Assembly (NCBI GenBank): GCA_963789955.1
Contig: CAWBMV010000019.1
Location: forward strand, 1-64,000
Direction: 5' to 3'
DNA from: an uncultured Candidatus Rokubacteria bacterium
GTDB taxonomy: Bacteria > Methylomirabilota > Methylomirabilia > Rokubacteriales > CSP1-6
Length of the DNA stretch: 64,000 nucleotides
Position 1 is the first letter of the stretch; every line of letters begins with the position of its first letter. The translations under genes and the position numbers were made by a program. This document shows positions 9,609-18,947 of this stretch, piece by piece. The notes under the pieces were generated by a model. The model was given only the letters and a program-made list of their open reading frames with translations. It searched no databases and had not been told where the DNA came from.

Positions 9609-10123
9609 GCGAGTCGCGCAACGTCGAGATCAAGGCGCGCATCGCGAGCGTCGAGGCGATGGCGCCCAGGGTCGCCGCGCTCGCGGACCAAGGACCGGTC
9701 GAGATCGAGCAAGACGACACGTTCTTCGTGTGCGAGCGCGGGCGGCTCAAGCTCCGGGCACTCTCGGCCACGGAGGGGCAGCTGATCTTCTATCGGCGCG
9801 CGAACCAGGCCGGGCCCAAGGAATCGCGCTTCGTCATCTCGCCGACCGCATCACCCGATTCTCTCCGCGACGCGCTCACCTTGGCGTACGGCAGTGCCGG
9901 CCGCGTGCGCAAGCATCGAACCTTGTATCTCGTCGGCCGCACGCGGATTCACCTGGATCGCGTCGAGAGCCTTGGACACTTCCTCGAGCTCGAGGTCGTC
10001 CTGGCGGAGGGTGAAAGCCCGGACGCCGGCGTCAAGGAAGCGCGCGCGCTGATGACGGCGCTCGGCCTGGCCGACGACCAGCTCATCGATGGCGCGTACG
10101 TGGATCTCCTGTGGCCTTCCTGA
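9605..10123 (+). CDS. CYTH domain / class IV adenylate cyclase family protein
   Basis: NVEIKAR, QDDTFF, RLKLR, RIHLDRVESLGHFLELEVV. Confidence 0.85.
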   Translation: MSESRNVEIKARIASVEAMAPRVAALADQGPVEIEQDDTFFVCERGRLKLRALSATEGQLIFYRRANQAGPKESRFVISPTASPDSLRDALTLAYGSAGRVRKHRTLYLVGRTRIHLDRVESLGHFLELEVVLAEGESPDAGVKEARALMTALGLADDQLIDGAYVDLLWPS

Positions 10124-10278
10124 TCGCGAGCGTCATTCTGGCGGTGACGGGCTACGCGCTGACCGCGGGCGCGCTGGCTCCTGTCCTGACACGAGCCCGT
10201 GGGGTCCGGGCGGTCGGGCGCTATCTGACCGGGGGCTCCGTCATCGGCCTGGGGATCTACTCGGTCGCCCGCCACTGA
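10111..10278 (+). pseudogene. Small membrane ORF resembling the C-terminus of a LysE-family translocator
   Basis: 55 aa VAFLIASVILAVTGYALTAG...RAVGRYLTGGSVIGLGIYSV; two hydrophobic helices; not in the ORF track. Confidence 0.4.
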
Positions 10279-10298
10279 GCGAGTCGCCTGGCGGATGA

Positions 10299-10808
10299 AT
10301 GCTCATTCGTGACGCACGACCCGAGGACCGCGACGCGATCCGTGAAGTCACCCTCGCGGCCTATCAGGAGTACGCCGCGCAGGCGCCGGGGTTCTGGGAC
10401 GGCTATCGCGAGAACATCATCGTGTCGCTCGATGAGGTCGGATCGGCCGAGCAGCTCGTCGCGGAGCACCACGGCGCCATCGTGGGTACCGCGCTGCTCT
10501 ATCCTCCACGCCGTATGAAGATCTCCCGGAGTGATTCACTCGACATGCCCTGGCCCGAGGTGAGGCTGCTCGCCGTTGCCCCGCTCGCGCGCGGGCGTGG
10601 CGTGGGCGCCGCGCTCATGCAGGAATGCGTGCGCCGAGTCCGAAGGACCGGCGGCCGCGTCCTCAGCCTGCACACCACGGATATGATGCAAGCCGCCCTG
10701 CGCATGTACGAGCGGATGGGCTTCGTGCGCGCCCCGGAGCTCGACTTTCATCCGGCGCCCGGCGTGACGGTCAAGGGCTATCGTCTCGATCTCAAAGAAT
10801 CGGGGTGA
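10299..10808 (+). CDS. GNAT N-acetyltransferase
   Basis: EVRLLAVAPLARGRGVGAALM, MYERMGF. Confidence 0.88.
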   Translation: MLIRDARPEDRDAIREVTLAAYQEYAAQAPGFWDGYRENIIVSLDEVGSAEQLVAEHHGAIVGTALLYPPRRMKISRSDSLDMPWPEVRLLAVAPLARGRGVGAALMQECVRRVRRTGGRVLSLHTTDMMQAALRMYERMGFVRAPELDFHPAPGVTVKGYRLDLKESG

Positions 10809-10812
10809 CACG

Positions 10813-11172
10813 ATGAAGATCCTGATCAAGAGCGCCTGGGGCTCGAGCGATCCTACGCAGGCGTCGTTTCCGTTTCATCACGCCAACGCGTTTGCCGAGG
10901 CGGGCCACCAGGTCCAGATCTTTCTGCTCGGCGAGGCGGTATTCCTGATGCGCACGGTGGTCGCGAACGCCGTCGTGCCGGTCGGCTGGGCGCCGCTCTC
11001 GGAGGCACTCGCGAAGGTCATCGAGCATCGCGTTCCGATCCACGTCTGAGGCGCCTGCTCCCGGGCCCGGGGGGTCCTGATCGACGATCTCGCAGGCAAG
11101 AACGCCGCGTTCTCGGATCCGCCGAAGCTCGTCGCGCTCGTCGAGTGGGCCGACAAGATTCTGACCGAGTAG
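10813..11172 (+). CDS. DsrE/DsrF-like protein, probable selenoprotein (UxxC)
   Basis: DsrE-like N-terminus (QIFLLGEAV); TGA at 11047-11049 followed in frame by GACSRARGV...LVEWADKILTE-TAG, completing a 119-aa DsrE-sized protein with the TGA in a CxxC position. Confidence 0.8.
11058..11073 (+). promoter_or_regulatory. Candidate SECIS hairpin after the DsrE UGA
   Basis: CTCCCG-GGCC-CGGGGG stem-loop with G-led loop 14 nt after the UGA; spacing somewhat short and hairpins are easy to form at this GC content. Confidence 0.4.
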
Positions 11173-11242
11173 CCGTTCGCGCGGCCTGTTCCGGGTGCGG
11201 TATACTCCGGTGAGCGAGATCTTGCCCGCGGGAGAGAGCGAA

Positions 11243-11755
11243 ATGGCTTACAAGCCGGTCTCCATCGATCACGTCAACATCTTCGTCCGGAACGCCGAGC
11301 GCTCGCACAAGTGGTACACGGAGGTCTTCGGCTTCCACACCCAGGACACCATGACGTTTCCGGGAACCAATCGATTGCGGGCCGCCTTCCTGGCCTGCGA
11401 TCCCGGACACGCGCACGACATCGCGCTCTTCGAAGTGGGCGAAGAGGCCGCGGGACCGCAGAAAAAGCAGGTGGGCCTGAATCACGTCGCCTGGCGCATG
11501 GCGAATCTCGAGGACCTGGGCGAGATGTACAAGCGGCTCAAGGCCAAGAACGTCCCGGTCAGCGTCTCGGACCACACGGTCTCGATCGGCATCTACTTCT
11601 CGGACCCCGACGGAAACGGCCTCGAGGTGTATTACGAGCAGCCCCGAAGCGAGTGGCACCGGGAGCGGCCGTTCTCGGAAAAGGGTGACAAGGGCCGCTT
11701 CCCCGGTCCCTGGGACGAGGCGCTCCAGCCCACCCCGGCCTTCCTGCAGGCGTAG
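11243..11755 (+). CDS. VOC family protein (catechol dioxygenase-like)
   Basis: IDHVNI, HDIALF, GLNHVAW, YFSDPDGNGLEV. Confidence 0.85.
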   Translation: MAYKPVSIDHVNIFVRNAERSHKWYTEVFGFHTQDTMTFPGTNRLRAAFLACDPGHAHDIALFEVGEEAAGPQKKQVGLNHVAWRMANLEDLGEMYKRLKAKNVPVSVSDHTVSIGIYFSDPDGNGLEVYYEQPRSEWHRERPFSEKGDKGRFPGPWDEALQPTPAFLQA

Positions 11756-11790
11756 CCGCCGGCAGTCGAGGCGCTCGCGGGCCCGAACTC

Positions 11791-12459
11791 GTGAGCGGAA
11801 TCGCCGATCTGCTGGGGGCCATCCGGCGCGGCGACGCCAGGAGCGTCGGCGACCTGCTCGCGGCCGGCCCGGATCTCGCGAACGCCCGGGACGAGCACGC
11901 CAACTCTCCGCTCCTCATCGCGACGTACACCGGCAAGCACGACATCGTGCGTCTCTTGCTCGAGCGCGGCGCGCGCGCGAGCTTCTTCGAAGCGTGCGCG
12001 CTCGGGCTCGTGGGCGACGTCCGCCGCCATCTGCGCGAGTATCCCGAGAGCGTGGGGCAGTGGTCTCACGACGGCTGGCCGCCCCTTCATCTGGCCGCGT
12101 TCTTCGGCCATCGCGAGACCGTCGAGGCGCTCCTGGACGCCGGCGCCGATGTGCGCGCCGTCGCGCGAAACTCAGAGGCCAATCTCGCCATCAATGCCGC
12201 GGCCGCCGGGCCCCGCGCCGACCGCCGCCCGGAGATCGTCCGGCTCCTGATCGCGCGCGGCTGCCCGGTTGACGGCCGTGGCTCGCCGGCCGGCCACACC
12301 CCGCTGCACGAGGCCGCGTTCAACGGTGACCTCGCGCTGGTCCGTCTGCTCCTCGAGAGCGGCGCCGATCGGTCCGTGCGGACCGGCGAGGGCGAGACCG
12401 CGCTGGAGATCGCCGTGAAGCATGGGCGACACGAGGCCGCTCGCCTGCTCGAAGGGTAA
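11791..12459 (+). CDS. Ankyrin repeat protein
   Basis: Repeated ankyrin motifs SPLLIA, GWPPLHLAA, GHTPLHEAA, GETALEIA. Confidence 0.88.
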   Translation: MSGIADLLGAIRRGDARSVGDLLAAGPDLANARDEHANSPLLIATYTGKHDIVRLLLERGARASFFEACALGLVGDVRRHLREYPESVGQWSHDGWPPLHLAAFFGHRETVEALLDAGADVRAVARNSEANLAINAAAAGPRADRRPEIVRLLIARGCPVDGRGSPAGHTPLHEAAFNGDLALVRLLLESGADRSVRTGEGETALEIAVKHGRHEAARLLEG

Positions 12460-12480
12460 CTGGCACCCAAGGAGGCTTCC

Positions 12481-12882
12481 GTGTTCAAGCGAATCGACCA
12501 CGTCGAGATCGTCACCGACCAGCTCGACCGCGCCGTGCAGTTCTATACCGACGTGCTCGGCTTCAAGGTCCGGGCACGCGAACACATCGACCGCGCCGCG
12601 ATGGGCGTGACGCTCGATCTCGTCTATCTGGATCTCGGTGGCACGGGGATCGAGCTCATCAAGTACGGCAGCCCGGTCGAGGCGGCGCCCACGAAGGAGC
12701 ATCTGGGCTATCGCATGATGGCGCTGGAAGTGGCCGACATGCAGAGCACCGTCGACTACTTGAAGACGAAGGGCGTCGCGATCACGTGGGGGCCGAGGGT
12801 GCGCGAGGGTGAGTACGCGAGAGCGGAGATTCGCGATCCCGACGGGCACGGCATCGAGCTGAGGCACTGGTTCCGTCGCTGA
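12481..12882 (+). CDS. VOC family protein
   Basis: IDHVEI, FYTDVLGF, DPDGHGIEL; AAGGAGG RBS. Confidence 0.85.
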   Translation: MFKRIDHVEIVTDQLDRAVQFYTDVLGFKVRAREHIDRAAMGVTLDLVYLDLGGTGIELIKYGSPVEAAPTKEHLGYRMMALEVADMQSTVDYLKTKGVAITWGPRVREGEYARAEIRDPDGHGIELRHWFRR

Positions 12883-13778
12883 TGATTCTCGACGAGCAGG
12901 CGGTCCACGACCTCCTGAAGATGGAGGATCTGATCCCGGCCATGGCGAAGGCCATGGCCGATCTCTCCAGCGGCAAGGTCGTTCAGCCCCCGCGCGTGAT
13001 GATGCCGATCGCCGAGCACCAGGGCTTTCTCGGGCTCATGCCCGCGTACGGCGGCGCGCTCGGCGCCAAGCTGGTCGCGTTCTATCCGAACAACCAGGGC
13101 ATCCCGAGCCACCACGCTATGATCCTGCTCTTCCGACCCGAGACCGGCGAGCCGCTGGTCACGATGGACGGCCGGCTCATCACCGAGATGCGCACGGCGG
13201 CGGTCTCGGCGGTCGCCACCCGGCTGCTGGCGCGGCCCGAGGCCTCGGTGCTCGGCATTCTCGGCTCGGGCGTCCAGGCTCGGAGCCATCTCGAGGCGCT
13301 TCGCCTGGTCCGCACCTTCCGCGAGGTCCGCGTGTGGAGCCCGCGAAGCGCCGCCGCCTTCGCCAAGCAGTTCGGGATCCGCGCGGCGGCCTCGGCGGAA
13401 GACGCGGTGCGGGGCGCCGACGTGGTCGTCGTCGCGACGACGTCGCAGACACCCGTGCTGAAGGGCGCGTGGCTCGCGCCGGGCACGCACATCAATGCGG
13501 TCGGCGCGCCGCGCCCGACCTGGCGCGAGCTCGACGACGACGCGCTCGGGAAGGCGAAGCTCTACGTCGAGTCGCGTGAGGCGGCGACGCTCGAGTCCGG
13601 CGACGTCATCGCCTCGGGCCGCATCTTCGCCGAGATCGGCGAGGTGGTGATGGGCACCAGGCCCGGGCGCCAGTCGGCGGACGAGATCACGCTCTACAAA
13701 TCGGTCGGCGTGGCGGTGCAAGACGTCGTGTCCGCGGAGCTGGTCTACCGAAAGGCGCGGCAGGCGGCGGCGCGCTAG
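12882..13778 (+). CDS. Ornithine cyclodeaminase / mu-crystallin family protein
   Basis: ITEMRTAAVS, GSGVQA, HINAVGA, YKSVGVAVQD. Confidence 0.9.
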   Translation: MILDEQAVHDLLKMEDLIPAMAKAMADLSSGKVVQPPRVMMPIAEHQGFLGLMPAYGGALGAKLVAFYPNNQGIPSHHAMILLFRPETGEPLVTMDGRLITEMRTAAVSAVATRLLARPEASVLGILGSGVQARSHLEALRLVRTFREVRVWSPRSAAAFAKQFGIRAAASAEDAVRGADVVVVATTSQTPVLKGAWLAPGTHINAVGAPRPTWRELDDDALGKAKLYVESREAATLESGDVIASGRIFAEIGEVVMGTRPGRQSADEITLYKSVGVAVQDVVSAELVYRKARQAAAR

Positions 13779-13816
13779 TCGGCCGGCGCTCTCGATTCCC
13801 CGAACGGAGGCACGTC

Positions 13817-14065
13817 ATGCTGCAACTTCGTCCAGGCTGCGAATGCTGTGACCGCGATCTTCCGGCCGACTCGCCGGACGCGGTGATCTGCTCGTTCGAG
13901 TGCACGTTCTGCCGGTCGTGCGCGACGACGGTGCTCGGCGGCACGTGCCCGAACTGCGGCGGCGAGCTCGTGGCGCGGCCTCGACGGCCGGCCGACAAGC
14001 TCGCGAAGTTCCCGCCGTCGACCGAGCGTGTCCACAGGCCGGCGGGGTGCCGAAAGGTCGCTTAG
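13817..14065 (+). CDS. DUF1272 domain Cys-rich protein
   Basis: MLQLRPGCECCDRDLP...ICSFECTFC...CPNCGGEL signature. Confidence 0.88.
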   Translation: MLQLRPGCECCDRDLPADSPDAVICSFECTFCRSCATTVLGGTCPNCGGELVARPRRPADKLAKFPPSTERVHRPAGCRKVA

Positions 14066-14979
14066 CGCAAGGTCTGCTGCGGCAGATCGAGAACTTTTTC
14101 GGCGAGCGTCGCGAGCATGCGCCACAGAGGCTCCTGGTCGCGAGTCGACTGTGGATCGTCGCCCGCGCTGTCCAGCAGCACGTAGGCGGCGCCGAGCGAT
14201 TGCAGCGCATCCAGGTCTTTGCGCATCTGATCGAGCGTGCCCTGACCGGCGAGGCGTTGCGTGTCGGGCAGCGGCGACTCCGTCAGCTCGAGTCGAATGC
14301 GCGGGCAGAGCGCGGGCACGGGCTTGCGCTCCGCGTCGGCGATTGCCTGAAGCTTCGGCAAGCCGGTGTCGCGCAGCCAGTCCATGCGGACGCGATTGGG
14401 ATGCCAGCCGTCGCCGTAGCGCACCGCCCGGCGCAGCGCCGCGTCGCTCGAGCCGCCGATCCAGATGGGCGGATGGGGCGAGCGGAGCGGACGCGGTGCC
14501 GTGTGCACGTCCTGGAACGAGACGAACGTGCCGCGGTACGATGCGACGTCCTGCGTCCACAAGGTCTTGATCGCCTCGAGATATTCGTTCGAGATCGCGC
14601 CCCGGCGCGTGAACGGCACGCCGAGCGCGTCGAACTCCTGCTTGGCCCAGCCGACGCCGACTCCGAAGATGAAGCGGCCTCCGCTCAACCGGTCGACCGT
14701 CGCCGCCATGCGCGCTGTGAGGAGCGGGCTCCGGTACGGAATGATGATGACCGTCGTGCCCAGCTCGACCCGGCGCGTGGCCGCCGCGAGCCAGCCGAGC
14801 GTGGTGAACGGGTCGTAGAGCGGAGTCGGATACTTGGCCACGACATCGGGCGTGGGCGCCACGTGATCCGAGATCATCACGAGGTGGTAGCCGAGCGCCT
14901 CGATCAGCGCAGTCGTGCGCGCCAGCGCGTCCGGACTCACGCCCGGACCCCAGTTCAGGAGGTTGACGCCGATCTTCAT
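14062..14979 (-). CDS. LLM class (probably F420-dependent) oxidoreductase
   Basis: SDHV, DPFTTLGWLAA, DRLSGGRFIFGVGVGW...EF, PPIWIGG, GDGWHP; true start MKIGV at 14979. Confidence 0.88.
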   Translation of the reverse strand: MKIGVNLLNWGPGVSPDALARTTALIEALGYHLVMISDHVAPTPDVVAKYPTPLYDPFTTLGWLAAATRRVELGTTVIIIPYRSPLLTARMAATVDRLSGGRFIFGVGVGWAKQEFDALGVPFTRRGAISNEYLEAIKTLWTQDVASYRGTFVSFQDVHTAPRPLRSPHPPIWIGGSSDAALRRAVRYGDGWHPNRVRMDWLRDTGLPKLQAIADAERKPVPALCPRIRLELTESPLPDTQRLAGQGTLDQMRKDLDALQSLGAAYVLLDSAGDDPQSTRDQEPLWRMLATLAEKVLDLPQQTLR

Positions 14980-16391
14980 CGCGCGCCGACGTCGGGACGG
15001 TGTTGCGCCCAGGGGCGGGCCGCTTCGAACGCCGCCGAGGCGCGCAGCACGGTGACGTCGTCGTAGCGCCGGCCGATGATCTGAAGCCCGATCGGCAACC
15101 CCGCCTTCGTGAATCCGCACGGAACCGTCGCCGCCGGCTGGCCGGTCATGTTGAAGATGTAGGTGAACGCGCTCGCGGCCTCGCGCCCGACCTTCACGCC
15201 GCCGATCTCGTCCGGGTAGAACTGGCCGATGGGGAGCGCCGGGCAGGCGACCGTCGGCGTGAGCACGAGATCGTAGCGCTCGAACAAGGCGCGCGCGTGC
15301 TGCCACCAGGCGAGCCGGTCGAACCACGCCTGGACGTACTTCGTCGGCGGGATCTTCATGGCCTCCTCGACGATCGGCAAGAGACCCGGATCGATCTGGT
15401 CGCGGCGGTCGAGATAGGGCGCCAGGCGCACGCCGATGCCGCCGAGGAAGATCGTGCGCCAGCAATCGTACGGCGACGGCCACGTGGGCTCGGTGCTCTC
15501 GACCTTGCAGCCGAGCTCGCGAAACGCGCGCGCGGCCTTCGCGGTCGCGGCGCTCACCTCGTGGTCGACCGCCGGCGCGACGCCGAGCTTCTCGCTCCAC
15601 GCGACGCGCAGCCCCTTGAGATTGCCCTTGAGCGCCTTCACGTAGTCGACGGTGGCCGCCGGCAGGGAATACTGGTCGCGCTCGTCGGGGCCGGCGCACG
15701 CGTTCATCATGAGCGCCGCGTCCTTCACGGTGCGCGTCATCGGTCCGACGTGCGAGAGGCTCCACGCCGCGCTGAACGGATAGACGGCAATCCGTCCCCA
15801 CGAGGCCTTGAAGCCGTAGATGCCGCACCAGGCCGCGGGCTTGCGAATCGATCCGCCGCCGTCGGTACCGATCGCCAGCGGCCCCAGGCCCGCGGCGACG
15901 GCGGCGCCCGCGCCGCCCGAAGAGCCGCCCGGCGTGTGGCCGAGGCTCCACGGATTTCGCGTCGCGCCGAACAGGAGGTTGTCGGTGACGCCGACCCAGC
16001 CCAGGGTCGGCGTGTTGGTCTTGCCGAGCATGATCGCGCCCGCGGCCTTCATGCGCTCGACCGACGGCGCGTCCTCGGTGGGGACGTTGTCGCGGTAGAT
16101 GGGCGACCCGAACGTGGTGCGCACGTCCTTGGTGATGACGAGATCCTTCACCGAGAAGGGCACGCCGTGCAGCGGGCCGAGCTTGGCGCCGCGCCGCATC
16201 ACCGCGCGCTCCGCCGCCTTCGCGGTCTGGCGCGCACGATCCGCATCGAGCGTGACGAACGCGTTCAGCTGCTTCAAGGTGTCGATGCGCGCGAACGTCG
16301 CGTCGACGACCTCGACGGGCGACACTTTCTTCTTCGCGATCGCGACGGCAAGATCGGACGCGGACATCCAGCAGAGCTCGCTGTTGTTCAT
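14976..16391 (-). CDS. Amidase (amidase signature family)
   Basis: GVPFSVKD, PGGSSGGAG, GTDGGGSIR catalytic motifs. Confidence 0.93.
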   Translation of the reverse strand: MNNSELCWMSASDLAVAIAKKKVSPVEVVDATFARIDTLKQLNAFVTLDADRARQTAKAAERAVMRRGAKLGPLHGVPFSVKDLVITKDVRTTFGSPIYRDNVPTEDAPSVERMKAAGAIMLGKTNTPTLGWVGVTDNLLFGATRNPWSLGHTPGGSSGGAGAAVAAGLGPLAIGTDGGGSIRKPAAWCGIYGFKASWGRIAVYPFSAAWSLSHVGPMTRTVKDAALMMNACAGPDERDQYSLPAATVDYVKALKGNLKGLRVAWSEKLGVAPAVDHEVSAATAKAARAFRELGCKVESTEPTWPSPYDCWRTIFLGGIGVRLAPYLDRRDQIDPGLLPIVEEAMKIPPTKYVQAWFDRLAWWQHARALFERYDLVLTPTVACPALPIGQFYPDEIGGVKVGREAASAFTYIFNMTGQPAATVPCGFTKAGLPIGLQIIGRRYDDVTVLRASAAFEAARPWAQHRPDVGAR

Positions 16392-16464
16392 GGTGGCGGC
16401 TATTGTATGCTGCCCCGCGGCTTTCGAGCGCCAGAGTCACCAGCGCGGCCGGTGCGCCAGGGCA

Positions 16465-16516
16465 CCGACCGCCAGCGCCGACTGCCGGCGCGGACTGCAG
16501 GGGCGGACTGCCGGGG
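16465..16516. repeat. Four degenerate 13-bp tandem repeats
   Basis: CCGACCGCCAGCG / CCGACTGCCGGCG / CGGACTGCAGGGG / CGGACTGCCGGGG. Confidence 0.7.
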
Positions 16517-16547
16517 GAGTCTGAGGGGGGTCGCCCCCCTCAGCTCC
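16516..16547. other. Strong intergenic hairpin (REP-like)
   Basis: GGAG-T-CTGAGGGGGG-TCG-CCCCCCTCAG-CTCC; perfect 10-bp stem plus 4-bp extension. Confidence 0.7.
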
Positions 16548-16566
16548 ACAACACGGAGATATCGCG

Positions 16567-17589
16567 ATGAAGCTCGCTCTCAATCAAGGACTCTCAGGTG
16601 CGGCGACTCTCTCGGGCGATATCGACAAGGTGCTCGAGGCGGAGCGCCTCGGCTACGACTCGGTGTGGACCTCGGAGTCGTACGGCTCCGACGCCGTGTC
16701 GACCGCGACGTGGATCGCGGCGCGCACGCAGCGCATCCATGTCGGCACGGCCATCATGCAGATGGCGGGTCGGACTCCGGCCGCGACCGCGATGACCGCG
16801 ATGACCCTCGACTCGCTATCGGGCGGCCGATTCCGCCTGGGCCTGGGTGTGTCCGGACCGCAGGTCGTCGAAGGCTGGCACGGCCAGCCCTTCGGCAAGC
16901 CGCTCCGGAAGACGCGTGAGTACGTGGCCGTCGTCCGCTCGATCCTGCGGCGCGAGAAGCCCGTCGAGTTCAGCGGCGAGTACTACCAGATCCCGTACGC
17001 CGGTCGCGACGCCACGGGCCTGGGGAAGCCGCTGCGGTCGATCCTGCACGGCCGGGCCGATCTGCCGATCTACCTGGCCGCGATCGGGCCCAAGAACGTG
17101 ACGCTCACCGCCGAGCTGGCCGACGGTTGGATCCCGACGATTTTCTCGCCGCGGCGCATGTCACTCTTCCGCGCGTGGCTCGACGAAGGCTTTCGCGCGC
17201 GCGGCGGGGCACCGGCGAAGTTCGACATCATGCCGTCGTGTCCGGTGATCGTCGGCGACGACGTGAAGGCGTGCCTGGCGACCCACAAGCCGGCGATCGC
17301 CCTCTACGTGGGCGGCATGGGCGCGCGCAGCCGCAACTTCTACAACGAAGTCGTGCGCCGCTACGGCTACGACGACGCCGCGACGAAGATCCAGGATCTC
17401 TATCTGGCGGGCCGCAAGGCCGAAGCCGAAGCCGCCGTGCCCGATGCGCTCGTCGACGAGGTCACGCTCTGCGGCCCGCGTGAGCGCATCCGCGAGCGCC
17501 TCGCCGAATGGAAAGCCGCCGGGGTGACAACGCTCGGCGTCCGCGGCAAGCCCGAGGCGATCCGCCTCATGGCTGAGCTGGCGCTCTAG
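16567..17589 (+). CDS. LLM class (probably F420-dependent) oxidoreductase
   Basis: [42 protein letters not shown]. Confidence 0.9.
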   Translation: MKLALNQGLSGAATLSGDIDKVLEAERLGYDSVWTSESYGSDAVSTATWIAARTQRIHVGTAIMQMAGRTPAATAMTAMTLDSLSGGRFRLGLGVSGPQVVEGWHGQPFGKPLRKTREYVAVVRSILRREKPVEFSGEYYQIPYAGRDATGLGKPLRSILHGRADLPIYLAAIGPKNVTLTAELADGWIPTIFSPRRMSLFRAWLDEGFRARGGAPAKFDIMPSCPVIVGDDVKACLATHKPAIALYVGGMGARSRNFYNEVVRRYGYDDAATKIQDLYLAGRKAEAEAAVPDALVDEVTLCGPRERIRERLAEWKAAGVTTLGVRGKPEAIRLMAELAL

Positions 17590-17605
17590 CGGGAGGCGAG
17601 ACGGC

Positions 17606-18100
17606 GTGATCGACGCTCCGCTGGACCGATATCGCGATGTGGTGCGACCCGAGTGGATCGACCACAACCGGCACATGAACGTCGGCTACTACCTGGTGGT
17701 CTTCGACTTCGCGACCGACGAGTTCTTCCGCTGGATCGGGCTCGACGACGCGCACCGGCGCGAGAAAGACGTGACGACGTTCTGTCTCGAGGCGCACGTC
17801 ACCTATCACCAGGAGGTCCGGGAGGGCGACCCGCTGCGCTTCACGACCCTGCTGCTCGGCCACGACGCGAAGCGCATCCACTACATTCATCAGATGTATC
17901 ATGCGAAGGACGGCTATCTGGCGGCGACGAACGAGCTGATGTCGCTGCACGTGAGCCAGGCCACGCGCCGGAGCGCGCCGATGGGCGCGGAGATTCTCGA
18001 GCGGCTCGCGCGAATCCAGGAAGCGCACGACGCGCTGCCGCGGCCGCCGCAAGTGGGACGCACGATCGGCCTCGCGAGGCCGGCTCGTCAGGGAGGGTGA
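17606..18100 (+). CDS. Thioesterase family protein (4-HBT-like)
   Basis: EWIDHNRHMNVGYY hotdog-fold motif. Confidence 0.85.
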   Translation: MIDAPLDRYRDVVRPEWIDHNRHMNVGYYLVVFDFATDEFFRWIGLDDAHRREKDVTTFCLEAHVTYHQEVREGDPLRFTTLLLGHDAKRIHYIHQMYHAKDGYLAATNELMSLHVSQATRRSAPMGAEILERLARIQEAHDALPRPPQVGRTIGLARPARQGG

Positions 18101-18104
18101 GGGC

Positions 18105-18947
18105 ATGACCACGATTGGGCTCCTGAATCCAGGTGAGATGGGCAGCATGGTCGGCGCCGCGGTGCGGGCCGGTGGAGCCCGGGTTGTGTGGGCAGGCGAG
18201 GGGCGGAGCGCGGCGACGCGCAAGCGCGCCAGCGACGCCGGGCTCGAGGACGCGGGCTCGGTGGCGGCGGTCGTCCGCGCCAGCGAGGTGATCCTCTCGG
18301 TCTGCCCGCCCCACGCGGCGGTCGACCTCGCGACGCAGGTCGCCGCGCAGCGTTTTGCCGGCACCTATGTCGACGGCAACGCCGTCTCGCCGGACACGGC
18401 GCGCGAGATCGGCGGGATCGTCGAGAAGGGCGGCGCCACGTTCGTGGACGGCGGCATCATCGGGCCGCCGCCCGTGAAACCGGGCAGCACGCGCTTCTAC
18501 GTCTCCGGTGCGGGCGCCGAGCGCATCGCCAAGCTCCTCACCGCCGGCGCCCTCGAGGCCCTCGTCGTCCCCGGCGGGCCGGGCGCGGCCTCGGCCGTGA
18601 AGATGGCGTACGCGTCCTGGACCAAGGGCAGCTCCGCGCTGCTCCTGGCCGTGTGCGCGCTCGCCAGCGCCGAGGGCGTCGAGGATTCGCTCCTGCGCGA
18701 GTGGAAGATTTCGCAGGCCGATCTCCCGGCGCGGTCCGAGGGCGCCGCGAAGTCGAACGCGAAGAAGGCGTGGCGCTTCATCGGCGAGATGGAGGAGATC
18801 GCCGCGACCTACGCCGCGGCCGGGCTGCCCGACGGCTTCCACCAGGCCGCCGCGGAGATCTACCGCCGCATGGAAGGCTACAAGGACGGCCCGACGCCCT
18901 CGCTCGCCGAGGTGCTGCGCGCGCTGACGCCGCGTCGTCCGGCCTGA
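18105..18947 (+). CDS. NAD(P)-dependent oxidoreductase, DUF1932 domain
   Basis: LNPGEMG Rossmann motif, VDGGIIGPP, ASAVKMAYASWTKG, KAWRFIGEMEEIA. Confidence 0.85.
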   Translation: MTTIGLLNPGEMGSMVGAAVRAGGARVVWAGEGRSAATRKRASDAGLEDAGSVAAVVRASEVILSVCPPHAAVDLATQVAAQRFAGTYVDGNAVSPDTAREIGGIVEKGGATFVDGGIIGPPPVKPGSTRFYVSGAGAERIAKLLTAGALEALVVPGGPGAASAVKMAYASWTKGSSALLLAVCALASAEGVEDSLLREWKISQADLPARSEGAAKSNAKKAWRFIGEMEEIAATYAAAGLPDGFHQAAAEIYRRMEGYKDGPTPSLAEVLRALTPRRPA

